This document shows positions 17,611 through 27,130 of a DNA stretch of 64,000 bases, one piece after another. Position 1 is the first letter of the stretch, and the number at the start of each line of letters is the position of its first letter. The DNA is from Lachnospiraceae bacterium. Lineage in GTDB: Bacteria; Bacillota; Clostridia; Lachnospirales; Lachnospiraceae. The translations under genes were made by a program, and so were the position numbers. Where the stretch lies: the NCBI GenBank assembly GCA_024696615.1, contig JAILGS010000090.1, forward strand, positions 26,069-90,068. Direction: 5' to 3'. Under the pieces are notes generated by a model. The model did no database searches, was not told where the DNA came from, and saw nothing but the letters and a program-made list of their open reading frames with translations.

Positions 17611-18693
17611 ATGAAATTACTTGTGATCACCCATCAGCTTTCGCGAACGGGGGCTCCCATCGTGTTACTGGATGTAATCCGATATTACCACGAGAAGGGA
17701 ATTGAAATTGATGTTTTGACCATGGAAGAGGGGCCGCTACGGGAAGAATTAGAAGCCATGGGCATTTATGTCCAGGTGCAGGATCGTTTTTTTGCCATTC
17801 GGGAAGTATTTCGGGAAGTGGCTAAGATGTATGATTTTGTGTGGGCCAATACCCTCATCACCTATGAAGCAATTCTTGCCCTACGGGGATGTGATGTACC
17901 GGTAATCTGGTGGCTTCACGAGGGGGAGCAATATTTTGAATATTTTAAAACTGTGATCCCGGATTTTAAAACCTTAGAGTCCAATATCCATCCCTATGCA
18001 GTAAGTCCCTATGTAAGAGAAGTGGTGGAGCGTCGTTATCATATGCAATTGCCGTTACTTCATATCGCTGTGAAAGCATTTGCCAAGGTGCCGGTGGACC
18101 TTAGGGAAAAGGGTTTTGTGGGAAATCCGGATAAAGTGAAGTTTTTAACGGTGGGAACCTATTCCAAGGTGAAGGCTCAGGATGTGCTTTGCAAGGCCAT
18201 TGATCTGCTTCCGGAGGATATTATGAAGCGCACGGAGTTTTATTTTATCGGCAATGAGTCCATGGTGGACGAGGAAATCTATGGTCCCGTCTGTCAGGCG
18301 GTGGAACGGCATTCCAATGTATATAATCTCCATTCCATGAATCGTAATGAGGTGGGGGCTCTTATGCAGGCCTGTGACTGTTTACTGGTTCCCTCCCGGG
18401 TGGATCCTCTGCCCACGGTGGCTGTGGAAATGATGATGGTTCGGGGGCTGGTGTTATGCACGGAGGTGTGTGGCATTGCAAGCTACATGAAGGATGAGGA
18501 AAACGGCCTCACCGTTCCTGTGGAAAGCGTGCTGGAACTCATTAAAAAGATTGAGAAGGTGGTGCATCTTAAACTTTCAAGTCCTCAGGTGATTGCGGAT
18601 ATGAAGCAGAAGGGGTATGAGGTGTATGCCACCTATTTTGCGGAAGATGTGGTGAAACATAAGCTGGAGGAAATCCTTGGGGAATGTATTTAA
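17611..18693 (+). CDS. GT-B (family 4/1-like) glycosyltransferase
   Basis: 360 aa from ATG 17611, with AAAGGTGGA RBS. N-terminal LLVITHQLSRTGAP and C-terminal VPSRVDPLPTVAVEMMMVRGLVLCT...ENGLTVP are typical of GT-B sugar transferases. Confidence 0.75.
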   Translation: MKLLVITHQLSRTGAPIVLLDVIRYYHEKGIEIDVLTMEEGPLREELEAMGIYVQVQDRFFAIREVFREVAKMYDFVWANTLITYEAILALRGCDVPVIWWLHEGEQYFEYFKTVIPDFKTLESNIHPYAVSPYVREVVERRYHMQLPLLHIAVKAFAKVPVDLREKGFVGNPDKVKFLTVGTYSKVKAQDVLCKAIDLLPEDIMKRTEFYFIGNESMVDEEIYGPVCQAVERHSNVYNLHSMNRNEVGALMQACDCLLVPSRVDPLPTVAVEMMMVRGLVLCTEVCGIASYMKDEENGLTVPVESVLELIKKIEKVVHLKLSSPQVIADMKQKGYEVYATYFAEDVVKHKLEEILGECI

Positions 18694-18712
18694 TTTAGTG
18701 CCTTGAAAATGC

Positions 18713-18741
18713 TTTTATGAAGGTACATTCTATGCTATACT
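18713..18741 (+). promoter_or_regulatory. candidate extended -10 promoter of eda
   Basis: TGcTATACT at 18733-18741 with a weak -35, located 70 nt upstream of the eda start. Confidence 0.35.
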
Positions 18742-18812
18742 TTCCCTATGCGAGCCCTAGGCTTGAACGTATAGAAATTCATATTTTATTTAATTTAGGA
18801 GGATTTTTCAAA

Positions 18813-19454
18813 ATGGCAGATCTTTATGAGAAGATGGAAGAATTGGGTGTTATCCCTGTAGTTGTTTTAAATGATGCTAAGGATGCAGTACCTCTTGCTA
18901 AGGCTTTAGTTGAGGGTGGTCTTCCATGTGCTGAGGTTACTTTCCGTACAGCAGCTGCTGAAGAGTCTATTCGTAAGATTCATGAAGCTTATCCAGAAAT
19001 GCTTCTGATCGCTGGTACCGTACTTACAACAGAGCAGGTTGATCGTGCTGTTGCTGCTGGTGCTTCTGCAATCGTTGCTCCTGGTTTTGATCCAGAAATC
19101 GTTGATTATTGCTTATCTAAGAATATTCCTGTATGCCCAGGTCTTGTTACTCCATCTGAGATGGCTCAGGCTGTTAAGCGTGGTCTTAAGTTCGTTAAGT
19201 TCTTCCCAGCAGAAGCTGCAGGTGGCTTAAAGATGATCAAGGCTATGTGTGCTGCTTATACTCAGGTTCGTGTAATGCCTACCGGTGGTATCTCTGCTAA
19301 GAACATTGGCGAATATCTTGCATGTGACAAGATCTTCTGCTGTGGTGGTTCCTGGATGGTTAAGGGCGACTTAATCAAGGAAGGTAAGTTCGATGAGATT
19401 AAGGCTCTTGTCGTAGAAGCTCGTGAAGTTGCTAAGGCTGCTAAGGCGAACTAA
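18813..19454 (+). CDS. eda: 2-dehydro-3-deoxyphosphogluconate / 4-hydroxy-2-oxoglutarate aldolase
   Basis: 213 aa from ATG 18813, with GGAGG at 18798-18802. Typical KDPG-aldolase sequence VIPVVVL...GGLPCAEVTFRT...VKFFPAEA...PTGG. Codon usage (GGT/CGT/GCT) looks like a highly expressed gene. The track start at 18717 is rejected. Confidence 0.9.
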   Translation: MADLYEKMEELGVIPVVVLNDAKDAVPLAKALVEGGLPCAEVTFRTAAAEESIRKIHEAYPEMLLIAGTVLTTEQVDRAVAAGASAIVAPGFDPEIVDYCLSKNIPVCPGLVTPSEMAQAVKRGLKFVKFFPAEAAGGLKMIKAMCAAYTQVRVMPTGGISAKNIGEYLACDKIFCCGGSWMVKGDLIKEGKFDEIKALVVEAREVAKAAKAN

Positions 19455-19526
19455 TTGCTACGAAAGTGCCATGAAAGCGCTATGAAGAATCAGGCGTTTG
19501 ATCGGTAACGAAAGATAGAATTATAA

Positions 19527-19568
19527 AGAAGCGAAAACTCTTAGATTAGAGTCTTCGCTTCTTTTTTT
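19527..19568 (+). terminator. rho-independent terminator after eda
   Basis: AGAAGCGAAAACTCT...AGAGTCTTCGCTTCT stem (one mismatch) followed by a T run. Confidence 0.8.
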
Positions 19569-19590
19569 ATGCTTTTTTCTATGCTATAAT
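19562..19590 (+). promoter_or_regulatory. candidate extended -10 promoter
   Basis: TGcTATAAT at 19582-19590, directly after the eda terminator and 54 nt before ATG 19644. Confidence 0.4.
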
Positions 19591-19643
19591 ATATATTTAG
19601 GGATTTTGTAATTTTTTTGTACAAATGTTTTATGGAGGTTCCA

Positions 19644-20333
19644 ATGAATTGGGAAAAAATATCGCGCCTAACGCGGTGGATTGGAGTTGCAGATGCAGTG
19701 GTATTTGCTGTGTCCATGACTGTTTTGATAAATTCAGATCGAATTGTAAAACAGTATGAGGAGCCGGTGAAGGAAAGTATTGCCGTGGTAGAGGAGCAAG
19801 ACTCCGTTACGGTGGATGAAGCAGTACGTATTGCCTATCAGGAAGGGAATTACGGCTATCTATACAATATACTCTTAGATTATCGGGAAGAGATTACGAT
19901 TCCTGCGGAAGAGTTAAGTGTATATAAGCAGATGGCAAGCCTCTATCATGATTATGAATATTATCAAAAATATAAATATCACCTTCTCGAAGCGGACGAT
20001 ATTCCTGAAATCACCGAGGATAGTGAGCGGGAGAAAATTATAGATAATCAACGGCGGTATCTTGCCAATGTTCTTCTTTACGGGAAGGATGTCATCGACG
20101 GCTCCGACTATTATCCTCTATCCTATATCTGCGAGGAGAATCAGGAGCAGTTTTTAGCATATTATCAGGATATCACCTATTTCTACCAGTATTATCTTGA
20201 ATTCTCCGAGACGGAGATGGATCAGTTGATCACGATGGATCTTTCTTATGGAAATCAGGAGGATCGCTGGGAAGAGACGCATTCCGCCTATGGCCTTGCC
20301 AATTATCTGCTAGAGAAGGGGGTTTTACAGTAA
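19644..20333 (+). CDS. hypothetical N-terminally anchored Tyr/Glu/Asp-rich protein
   Basis: 229 aa from ATG 19644, with GGAGG at 19634-19638. One hydrophobic span (WIGVADAVVFAVSMTVLI), then an acidic domain with about 27 Tyr by my count. No family recognised. Confidence 0.55.
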   Translation: MNWEKISRLTRWIGVADAVVFAVSMTVLINSDRIVKQYEEPVKESIAVVEEQDSVTVDEAVRIAYQEGNYGYLYNILLDYREEITIPAEELSVYKQMASLYHDYEYYQKYKYHLLEADDIPEITEDSEREKIIDNQRRYLANVLLYGKDVIDGSDYYPLSYICEENQEQFLAYYQDITYFYQYYLEFSETEMDQLITMDLSYGNQEDRWEETHSAYGLANYLLEKGVLQ

Positions 20334-20944
20334 TGGGAAAAAAGAAGAACTCCGAAAATCTTCAAGAGGAACCATTGGTGTTGACTCCCATGAAGAAAAC
20401 TGGCATCATGATGAAATTTATCTTTGCAATTCTTATGGCTCTTTTTTGTGAAATTGTGGCCTTGACTGCCATAGAGGAATTGCAGGAAGTGGATGGAATT
20501 CGTCATTACGCTACGGATGTGGTAGTGATGGACGTAAGCCAGAATGATGAGTATTCCTATGAGGCGGATGTGGAGAGAATTTTATCCAACGCGGACTATG
20601 ATGTGAAAAATGAATGGTATGGTGATTTCATCTATTCCATGGATGACAATGGTATTTCCAGGGAGGATGAACGATTTGCCCAATATTGGGATGTATATGA
20701 TTGTTATCTTGCCTACCAGCAATATACCTTATATTCCAGCTATCAGGCCCAGGGGGTGGATGTGGATCAGGAGCAGATGGAAGAATGGTATCAGACCTTA
20801 ACCACAATCTATGCCCGTCTCCAGCCAGGATCCATACACTATAATCATATTAAGGTATGGGCCAAAGAAGTGGAGGAACTTCATCTGAATCAGGAATTGA
20901 CAGATCTTCAGACACCGGAACAGCAACCACAGACCACTCCATAA
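20333..20944 (+). CDS. hypothetical N-terminally anchored Tyr/acid-rich protein
   Basis: 203 aa. Its start overlaps the upstream stop by 1 nt (TAATG). One hydrophobic span (IMMKFIFAILMALFCEIVALTAI), then an acidic Tyr-rich domain and a Q/P/T-rich tail. Confidence 0.55.
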   Translation: MGKKKNSENLQEEPLVLTPMKKTGIMMKFIFAILMALFCEIVALTAIEELQEVDGIRHYATDVVVMDVSQNDEYSYEADVERILSNADYDVKNEWYGDFIYSMDDNGISREDERFAQYWDVYDCYLAYQQYTLYSSYQAQGVDVDQEQMEEWYQTLTTIYARLQPGSIHYNHIKVWAKEVEELHLNQELTDLQTPEQQPQTTP

Positions 20945-20963
20945 GAAAGGGAGGGAGCGTAGG

Positions 20964-22127
20964 ATGGTAGAAGAAATCGAAAAGGAATTTTGTGAACATG
21001 TCATCCCCTTTTGGAAGGGACTTAGGGACCAGGAATATGGGGGGTATTACGGCCTTCTAACCATGGACCTAGAACTTCATAAGAAGGCGGTGAAGGGGTG
21101 TATTTTAAATAGTCGGATCCTATGGTTCTTTGCCAATGTATATGAAACCTTCCAGGATCCTACAGCACTTTCCTATGCGGCCCATGCCGCCGAGTTTTTA
21201 AAGAAATACTGTGTGGATCGGGAATATGGTGGTGTTTACTGGTCCGTGGGATACGATGGGACCCCGGAGGATACCACGAAACATACCTATAATCAAGCTT
21301 TTGCCATCTATGCATTATCCGCCTATTATGGCGTGTCCAAGGATGAAGAGAGCCTGGCGCTTGCGTATGATCTATTCCATCGAATCGAGTCCACCTGTCG
21401 GGATGACCAAGGATATTTAGAAGCCTTTGACCGCAGATGGAACCCTTCTGGGAATGATAAATTATCGGAAAATGGCGTGGAAGCCAAGCGTACCATGAAT
21501 ACCCTCCTCCATGTGATGGAGGCTTATACGGAATTATATCGGGTGGATCAAAGTCCAAAGGTTAAGAAGATTTTAGAAGAAATCCTATCCCTGATTGCCA
21601 CAAAGATTTATGAGCCAAAGAAGAAACGGTTGGGAGTGTTCTTTGATGAGAACTACCATTCCCTTATTGACCTTCATAGTTATGGACATGATATTGAAGC
21701 GGCGTGGTTATTAGATCGGACCACGGATCTGTTGAAAGAGGAAATATGGGAACAACGGATGACTCCCATTGCTAGAACCCTAGAAGAGACCATCTATCAG
21801 GTGGCTTTTGATGGACATAGTGTGGTGGCAGAATGCTGTGAGGGGGAAGTAAATCCCCTTCGCATCTGGTGGGTGCAGGTGGAGTCCATGGTGGGCTTTA
21901 CCAATGCCTATGAAAAGACGAAGAATCCCAAATACCGCCAATGTGTGGAAGCAATTTGGGACTATATTAAGACTTATCTCATCGATCCCCGTCCGGGTTC
22001 GGAATGGTTTTCAGAAGTGGATGCGCAAGGACATCCTTCCACCGGAAAGCCCATTGTGGAGCCTTGGAAATGCCCTTATCATACAGGACGTATGTGCTTT
22101 GAACTGATGAAGCGCAATGCCTTCTAA
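20964..22127 (+). CDS. AGE-family epimerase/isomerase (N-acylglucosamine 2-epimerase / cellobiose 2-epimerase-like)
   Basis: 387 aa with an (alpha/alpha)6-type sequence. Conserved-looking segments are HTYNQAFAIYALS, GHDIEAAWLL and the C-terminal PWKCPYHTGRMCFE. Confidence 0.75.
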   Translation: MVEEIEKEFCEHVIPFWKGLRDQEYGGYYGLLTMDLELHKKAVKGCILNSRILWFFANVYETFQDPTALSYAAHAAEFLKKYCVDREYGGVYWSVGYDGTPEDTTKHTYNQAFAIYALSAYYGVSKDEESLALAYDLFHRIESTCRDDQGYLEAFDRRWNPSGNDKLSENGVEAKRTMNTLLHVMEAYTELYRVDQSPKVKKILEEILSLIATKIYEPKKKRLGVFFDENYHSLIDLHSYGHDIEAAWLLDRTTDLLKEEIWEQRMTPIARTLEETIYQVAFDGHSVVAECCEGEVNPLRIWWVQVESMVGFTNAYEKTKNPKYRQCVEAIWDYIKTYLIDPRPGSEWFSEVDAQGHPSTGKPIVEPWKCPYHTGRMCFELMKRNAF

Positions 22128-22168
22128 GAAGCATGGATGTGGATGGAATAGAATGAACGGGAGAAATT

Positions 22169-24319
22169 ATGACAACTTGTATAGCAATATGCTTTATTCT
22201 TAGCTTTGTGGGAGCAATTCTTGGCATTATGTGGATGCCGGAAGGAAGTCTTGGATGGAAAAAGAAAACACCTTCCCTGGACACTGTTTCCCAAGCGGAC
22301 AATGCGCTGACTCGCTTCTTTGTCTCCATCATGATTTTATGGATTTATTGGACCATTGTGGTGGGATTATGGAATCGAGTAACAACAAAGCCATTCTTAG
22401 ATTTAATCTTTTTCCTGGGAATGAATCTTGCAGTAATGGTGGTAACGGGCCTCTGTATGTACCGAAAAGGCCGAAGAACCCTGGCTTTTCCCTGGAAGGA
22501 TGGAATCTTTTTTGGGATTCTATTGGTGGCAGCCGTTGCCCTCTCCTGGGGGAGATTTCAAGGCTATGAGCTTTTTGGATATGAGTCCGGCGATGCTGTA
22601 AAGCACTTTGGTGCCCTTGTGGAAATTACCAAAGAGGGAAGAATTGTGGAAGGGTGTTCCAGATACGCCCTGTATCTTATGGACTTTGCCTGGATGCAGA
22701 CCTATAGCGTACTTGCGTCGGATACCATCTATGGGGAAGTTACGGGAAGCCTTTCACAACTCCTGACAGGCAGTACGCTCCAGAATCTGGTGGGATTTCG
22801 GGCCTTCTTAGCAGTGGACACCATGCTTCTTGTGATGCAGGTGGGGATGTTTTACAGCCTCTTAAAGACTGCTTGCAAGGGACGGGGCGGCCTGTATCGA
22901 AACGCCCTGGTAGTTGGCTGTACCTTTTTCTATTGTCTAGGGTATCCACTCAATGTATTCTTGTATGGATTTGAATATCTTGGCATGGGAGTTTTGGTAC
23001 TTACCTTTTTATTGTGGTATTTTGTGAGCGGTCAAAAGTCCCTCCTGTTACTTGCAGCCACTAATTTTTCTTTGGTGGTTTCCTATGCGGAATTTGCTCC
23101 CGGGATTTTTGTGGGAGAGATGATTTACTTTATTGTCCAATATGGGGCTACGAAAAATCATGCGGGCTCCTATGGGAAAGCATTCTTACGGATGGTGGCT
23201 TGTGGCGTGATTGGCCTTCTACTTCCTGGACTGGTGGCCATTACCTATATTCGAAAAGGCTTTGCTGAGACTCTTATAAAGCCCCTTGGCATTGGGGTGA
23301 GTGGCTGCGCCCTGGTACTTTTCGTACTTTTCTTCCTTGGGAAGAAAACGGGACGTTCTCCAATGCATGCCCTAGAGCAAATGTTATTCTATTGGAATCG
23401 TACTCTATCCCCTCATATTCGCAGACTCTGCTATGGGGGAGTGCTGCTTGGAATGATTTATGTGGCTTATCGCTACCTCTTCCTTGGCATGATCGTGCGC
23501 TACATGGTGGAAGTTCCCATGACCTATGACGGGAATGTGTATCGAGGCGCGTATGCGGGATTTATTCTGCTATTGTTCCCAATGCTTGGCTATGTGGTGG
23601 AGGTTGCAAAGAAGCGCCGTGTGGATGTGGTATTAACCATCGCCCTGGTGACGGTGGGATATTGTGTGGTGCTGTTTTACTTAGTGCAAGTGGGACTGCT
23701 TGCCACTTACTATTTCTATAAGATGTATTTTATTCTGTGGCCACTTGCCTTTTTGATGGCATTTGCCTATATGGAGGGCCTGGCACCGGCGGCAAAGGAT
23801 GTGCATCGGGAAGCCAGACATATGATGGAAATCTATCTTGGCGGTGTGATCTTCCTCTTTGTAATCTTTGCATCCAACTTGGATGCCCAGTTAAAAGAGC
23901 GAAATTACTGGTCCTGGGATACGTTGGCAGATGAGAGTGTCTTTGGAATTTACCACTATAACCGTCAGTTATGGGATAATGAAACCAGAATCACGCTGTC
24001 AGAACAGGAAGCCTATGGCATGGTACATGCCTATGCCATTCTTGGGGGTGCTCCGGTACAGTATTTTGGATATAATGATTATCACATGAAGATGGAATTT
24101 TATAATATGACCTATCAGCAGATCTTTGATCATCAAAGTGATTTCTTCATGGATGATGTGGATTATCCGGACCCACTGGGAGTACTTCGTGGCCGGGGAA
24201 CCAAATACCTCTATGTGACGAATAGTTATGTGGAGGAAGGGAAATATATGTGGGCCATCGAGCCACTTCGCTGTGTCTACGAGGGAGATGCGGGACGAAT
24301 TTATTCCCTGGAGGACTAG
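22169..24319 (+). CDS. large polytopic membrane protein with C-terminal soluble domain (possible GT-C-like transferase/polymerase)
   Basis: 716 aa. More than a dozen hydrophobic segments over the first ~560 aa, then a ~150-aa hydrophilic C-terminal domain. No specific family recognised. Confidence 0.5.
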   Translation: MTTCIAICFILSFVGAILGIMWMPEGSLGWKKKTPSLDTVSQADNALTRFFVSIMILWIYWTIVVGLWNRVTTKPFLDLIFFLGMNLAVMVVTGLCMYRKGRRTLAFPWKDGIFFGILLVAAVALSWGRFQGYELFGYESGDAVKHFGALVEITKEGRIVEGCSRYALYLMDFAWMQTYSVLASDTIYGEVTGSLSQLLTGSTLQNLVGFRAFLAVDTMLLVMQVGMFYSLLKTACKGRGGLYRNALVVGCTFFYCLGYPLNVFLYGFEYLGMGVLVLTFLLWYFVSGQKSLLLLAATNFSLVVSYAEFAPGIFVGEMIYFIVQYGATKNHAGSYGKAFLRMVACGVIGLLLPGLVAITYIRKGFAETLIKPLGIGVSGCALVLFVLFFLGKKTGRSPMHALEQMLFYWNRTLSPHIRRLCYGGVLLGMIYVAYRYLFLGMIVRYMVEVPMTYDGNVYRGAYAGFILLLFPMLGYVVEVAKKRRVDVVLTIALVTVGYCVVLFYLVQVGLLATYYFYKMYFILWPLAFLMAFAYMEGLAPAAKDVHREARHMMEIYLGGVIFLFVIFASNLDAQLKERNYWSWDTLADESVFGIYHYNRQLWDNETRITLSEQEAYGMVHAYAILGGAPVQYFGYNDYHMKMEFYNMTYQQIFDHQSDFFMDDVDYPDPLGVLRGRGTKYLYVTNSYVEEGKYMWAIEPLRCVYEGDAGRIYSLED

Positions 24320-24407
24320 CAGTATATGAGGTGCAAAACTGTAAGGAAACAGGATTTTTTTACAGCGAATATAAATTGGTATTATTGAAGAAAAGAGGAT
24401 TAGAAAC

Positions 24408-25751
24408 ATGGGTAAGTATTTTGGAACGGACGGCTTTCGAGGGGAAGCGAATGTTGGCTTGACAGTGGAGCATGCTTACAAAGTAGGACGTTATATTGGC
24501 TGGTATTATGGTCAGCAGCATAAGTGCAAAGTGGTAATCGGTAAGGATACCAGACTTTCCAGTTACATGTTCGAATATTCATTAGTAGCAGGATTAACAG
24601 CATCCGGAGCAGATGCTTACCTCCTTCATGTAACCACCACTCCAAGTGTGGCATATGTTACAAGAACGGAGGATTTTGACTGTGGAATTATGATTTCTGC
24701 CAGCCACAACCCATTCCATGATAATGGGATTAAGTTAATTAATGACCGCGGCGAGAAGATGGATGAGGACTTCATTCTTAAGGTAGAAGAATATATCGAT
24801 GGAGTAAATGGCGAGATTCCATTTGCTACAGGAGAAAAGATTGGTCGTACCGTGGATTATATTGCGGGCCGAAATCGTTATATGGGATATCTGATTTCTC
24901 TTGGTATGTATTCCTTTAAAGGAAAGAGAATCGGCCTTGACTGTGCCAACGGTGCTTCCTGGTATCTTGCGAAAAGCGTCTTCGATGCCCTTGGCGCGAA
25001 GACCTATGTGATTAATAACGAGCCAAATGGTGTGAATATTAATACCAACTGTGGTTCCACCCATATCGAAGGACTTCAGAAATTAGTGAAGGAGAAGGAC
25101 TTGGATGTGGGATTTGCCTTTGATGGCGATGCGGACCGCTGTCTTTGTGTGGATGAAAAGGGCAATGTGGTTGATGGCGATTTGATCATGTATATCTATG
25201 CTGCTTACCTAAAGGAGCGTGGAGAATTGTTAAATAATACCGTGGTTACCACGGTAATGAGTAACTTTGGTCTGTATAAGGCCTTCGATGCTCTGGGAAT
25301 TTCCTATGAGAAGACCAAAGTGGGAGATAAGTATGTATATGAGAATATGGCTGCCAATGGTCATCGTATTGGTGGCGAGCAGTCCGGTCATATTATCTTT
25401 AGCAAATATGCTTCCACGGGAGACGGTTTGATCACCGCCATCAAAATGATGGAAGTAATGCTTGCCAAGGATAAGACCCTGTCCGAGCTTGCAGCACCGG
25501 TACAGATTTATCCACAGTTATTAAAGAATGTGAAGGTGAAGGACAAGGCGGCAGCACAGGCGGATCCTAAGGTGGTTGCTGTGGTACAGGAAGTAAGTGA
25601 TCTTCTTGGAAATGATGGTCGTATCTTAGTTCGTGAAAGTGGTACGGAGCCATTAATCCGTGTCATGGTGGAAGCAAGTAGTGATGAAATCTGCGAGCGT
25701 TATGTGAATAAGGTTGTGGATGTGATCATAGCTCAGGGACACGCAATATAA
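24408..25751 (+). CDS. glmM: phosphoglucosamine mutase
   Basis: 447 aa with [12 protein letters not shown], the active-site serine loop [14 protein letters not shown], and DGDADR. Confidence 0.95.
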   Translation: MGKYFGTDGFRGEANVGLTVEHAYKVGRYIGWYYGQQHKCKVVIGKDTRLSSYMFEYSLVAGLTASGADAYLLHVTTTPSVAYVTRTEDFDCGIMISASHNPFHDNGIKLINDRGEKMDEDFILKVEEYIDGVNGEIPFATGEKIGRTVDYIAGRNRYMGYLISLGMYSFKGKRIGLDCANGASWYLAKSVFDALGAKTYVINNEPNGVNINTNCGSTHIEGLQKLVKEKDLDVGFAFDGDADRCLCVDEKGNVVDGDLIMYIYAAYLKERGELLNNTVVTTVMSNFGLYKAFDALGISYEKTKVGDKYVYENMAANGHRIGGEQSGHIIFSKYASTGDGLITAIKMMEVMLAKDKTLSELAAPVQIYPQLLKNVKVKDKAAAQADPKVVAVVQEVSDLLGNDGRILVRESGTEPLIRVMVEASSDEICERYVNKVVDVIIAQGHAI

Positions 25752-25869
25752 AAGCAAATGTGCATGTAGCCCGAAAAAAAAGTGCAAATGCATATCAAGA
25801 AGCGAAAGGTGTATATGCCAAGGCATAGAATGGACTTGGCTTTGTAGAAAGAAAGCAGGAGGAAGAAAA

Positions 25870-26880
25870 ATGTCAATTTTAGTAACTGGTGGAGCAGGAT
25901 ATATCGGCTCCCATACCGTCGTAGAATTACAGAATGCTGGATATGATGTGGTTATCGTGGATAATCTGGTGAATGCCAGTGAGAAAGTGCTTGGAAGAAT
26001 TGAGGCGATTACTGGAACACGGCCAAAATTCTATCAGGTGGATATTAATGATCAGGAAGGATTGGAGAAGGTATTTTCTGAGAATGATTTCGAATCCTGT
26101 ATCCACTTTGCCGGACTGAAGGCGGTGGGCGAGTCCGTACAGAAGCCATTAGAATATTATATGAATAATATTTCCGGAACCCTAACCCTCTTGGATGTGA
26201 TGAGACATCACAATGTGAAGAATATTGTATTCTCCTCCTCTGCAACCGTATATGGCAATCCTGCCTTTATTCCAATTACAGAAGAGTGCCCTAAGGGACA
26301 GTGCACCAATCCATATGGTTGGACCAAGTCCATGTTGGAGCAGATTTTATCCGATCTTCAGAAGGCGGATCCAAGCTGGAATGTAATCCTCCTTCGTTAC
26401 TTCAATCCAATTGGAGCACATAAGAGCGGAACCATGGGAGAAAATCCGAACGGAATTCCGAATAATTTAATGCCATACATCACCCAGGTAGCAGTGGGCA
26501 AATTAAAAGAACTTGGTGTTTTTGGTAATGACTATGATACTCCGGATGGAACCGGTGTAAGAGACTATATCCACGTAGTGGATCTGGCTCTTGGACATGT
26601 AAAGGCCATCGAGAAGATTAAGGAAGACCCAGGCCTTAAGATCTATAACCTGGGAACTGGAAAGGGCTACTCTGTATTAGATATCGTTAAGAACTTCGAA
26701 GCAGCCACCGGTGTTAAGATCCCATACACCATCAAGCCTCGCCGTGCAGGTGACATCGCCACCTGTTACGCCGACGCAACCCTGGCCAAGAAAGAACTTG
26801 GCTGGGAAGCCCAGTACGACTTAAAAGATATGTGTGAAGACTCCTGGAGATGGCAGAAGAATAACCCACAGGGCTATTAA
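25870..26880 (+). CDS. galE: UDP-glucose 4-epimerase
   Basis: 336 aa with [20 protein letters not shown] (YxxxK) and full-length resemblance to GalE. Confidence 0.93.
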   Translation: MSILVTGGAGYIGSHTVVELQNAGYDVVIVDNLVNASEKVLGRIEAITGTRPKFYQVDINDQEGLEKVFSENDFESCIHFAGLKAVGESVQKPLEYYMNNISGTLTLLDVMRHHNVKNIVFSSSATVYGNPAFIPITEECPKGQCTNPYGWTKSMLEQILSDLQKADPSWNVILLRYFNPIGAHKSGTMGENPNGIPNNLMPYITQVAVGKLKELGVFGNDYDTPDGTGVRDYIHVVDLALGHVKAIEKIKEDPGLKIYNLGTGKGYSVLDIVKNFEAATGVKIPYTIKPRRAGDIATCYADATLAKKELGWEAQYDLKDMCEDSWRWQKNNPQGY

Positions 26881-27022
26881 ACGCAACGTACGTAACGACG
26901 TAGCAGTAGTGTCCACCTCCCAAGGGGCAATTTGTGGCCGTCGGTACTTAGCGAGTGTCGCAGCCACGAGCTTAGTACCGTTACGAGACACAATTTAGCG
27001 AGAGCGTGCCCCAAGGGAGAGT

Positions 27023-27130
27023 GGGCACACTGCGAAGCAAGAACAAGAACGTAGAGTGTTCTGCGAGGGGCACACTGCGAAGCAAGAACGAGAACGTAGC
27101 GTGTTCTGTGAGGGGCACACTGCGAAGCAG
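27023..27130. repeat. 45-bp tandem repeat, about 2.4 copies, in the 5' region of the glmU-like gene
   Basis: GGGCACACTGCGAAGCAAGAAC(A/G)AGAACGTAG(A/C)GTGTTCTG(C/T)GAG starts at 27023 and 27068, with a partial copy at 27113. Each full unit contains an AGAAC-N7-GTTCT inverted repeat. Confidence 0.9.

Noticed and set aside
2714-18693. Interpreting the glycan operon as a horizontally acquired mobile island.
   Set aside because: I recognise no integrase, transposase, flanking tRNA or direct repeats, and by eye the base composition is similar to the surrounding genes. Its weaker codon bias relative to glgP, eda and the r-protein genes is explained by expression level. I cannot compute statistics here, so no claim is made.
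18717-18812. Upstream start for eda (track ORF from 18717). The same applies to the upstream starts at 7463, 11593, 15120, 17590, 19617, 35643, 36332, 38524, 46012, 48533, 51109, 51799 and 62815(-).
   Set aside because: Internal ATG or GTG codons preceded by good GGAGG-type RBSs give canonical N-termini. The longer versions overlap upstream genes or regulatory hairpins.
21160-21558. 132-aa minus-strand ORF inside the AGE-family gene, and the 136-aa ORF at 23999-24409.
   Set aside because: Both are fully embedded antisense to well-supported plus-strand CDSs, with no RBS or recognisable motifs.
27023-27130. Possible CRISPR array or LexA (Cheo) boxes.
   Set aside because: The units are directly abutting with no unique spacers and only 2.4 copies, and there are no cas genes. 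The palindrome is GAAC-N7-GTTC, whereas the Firmicute LexA box is GAAC-N4-GTTC.
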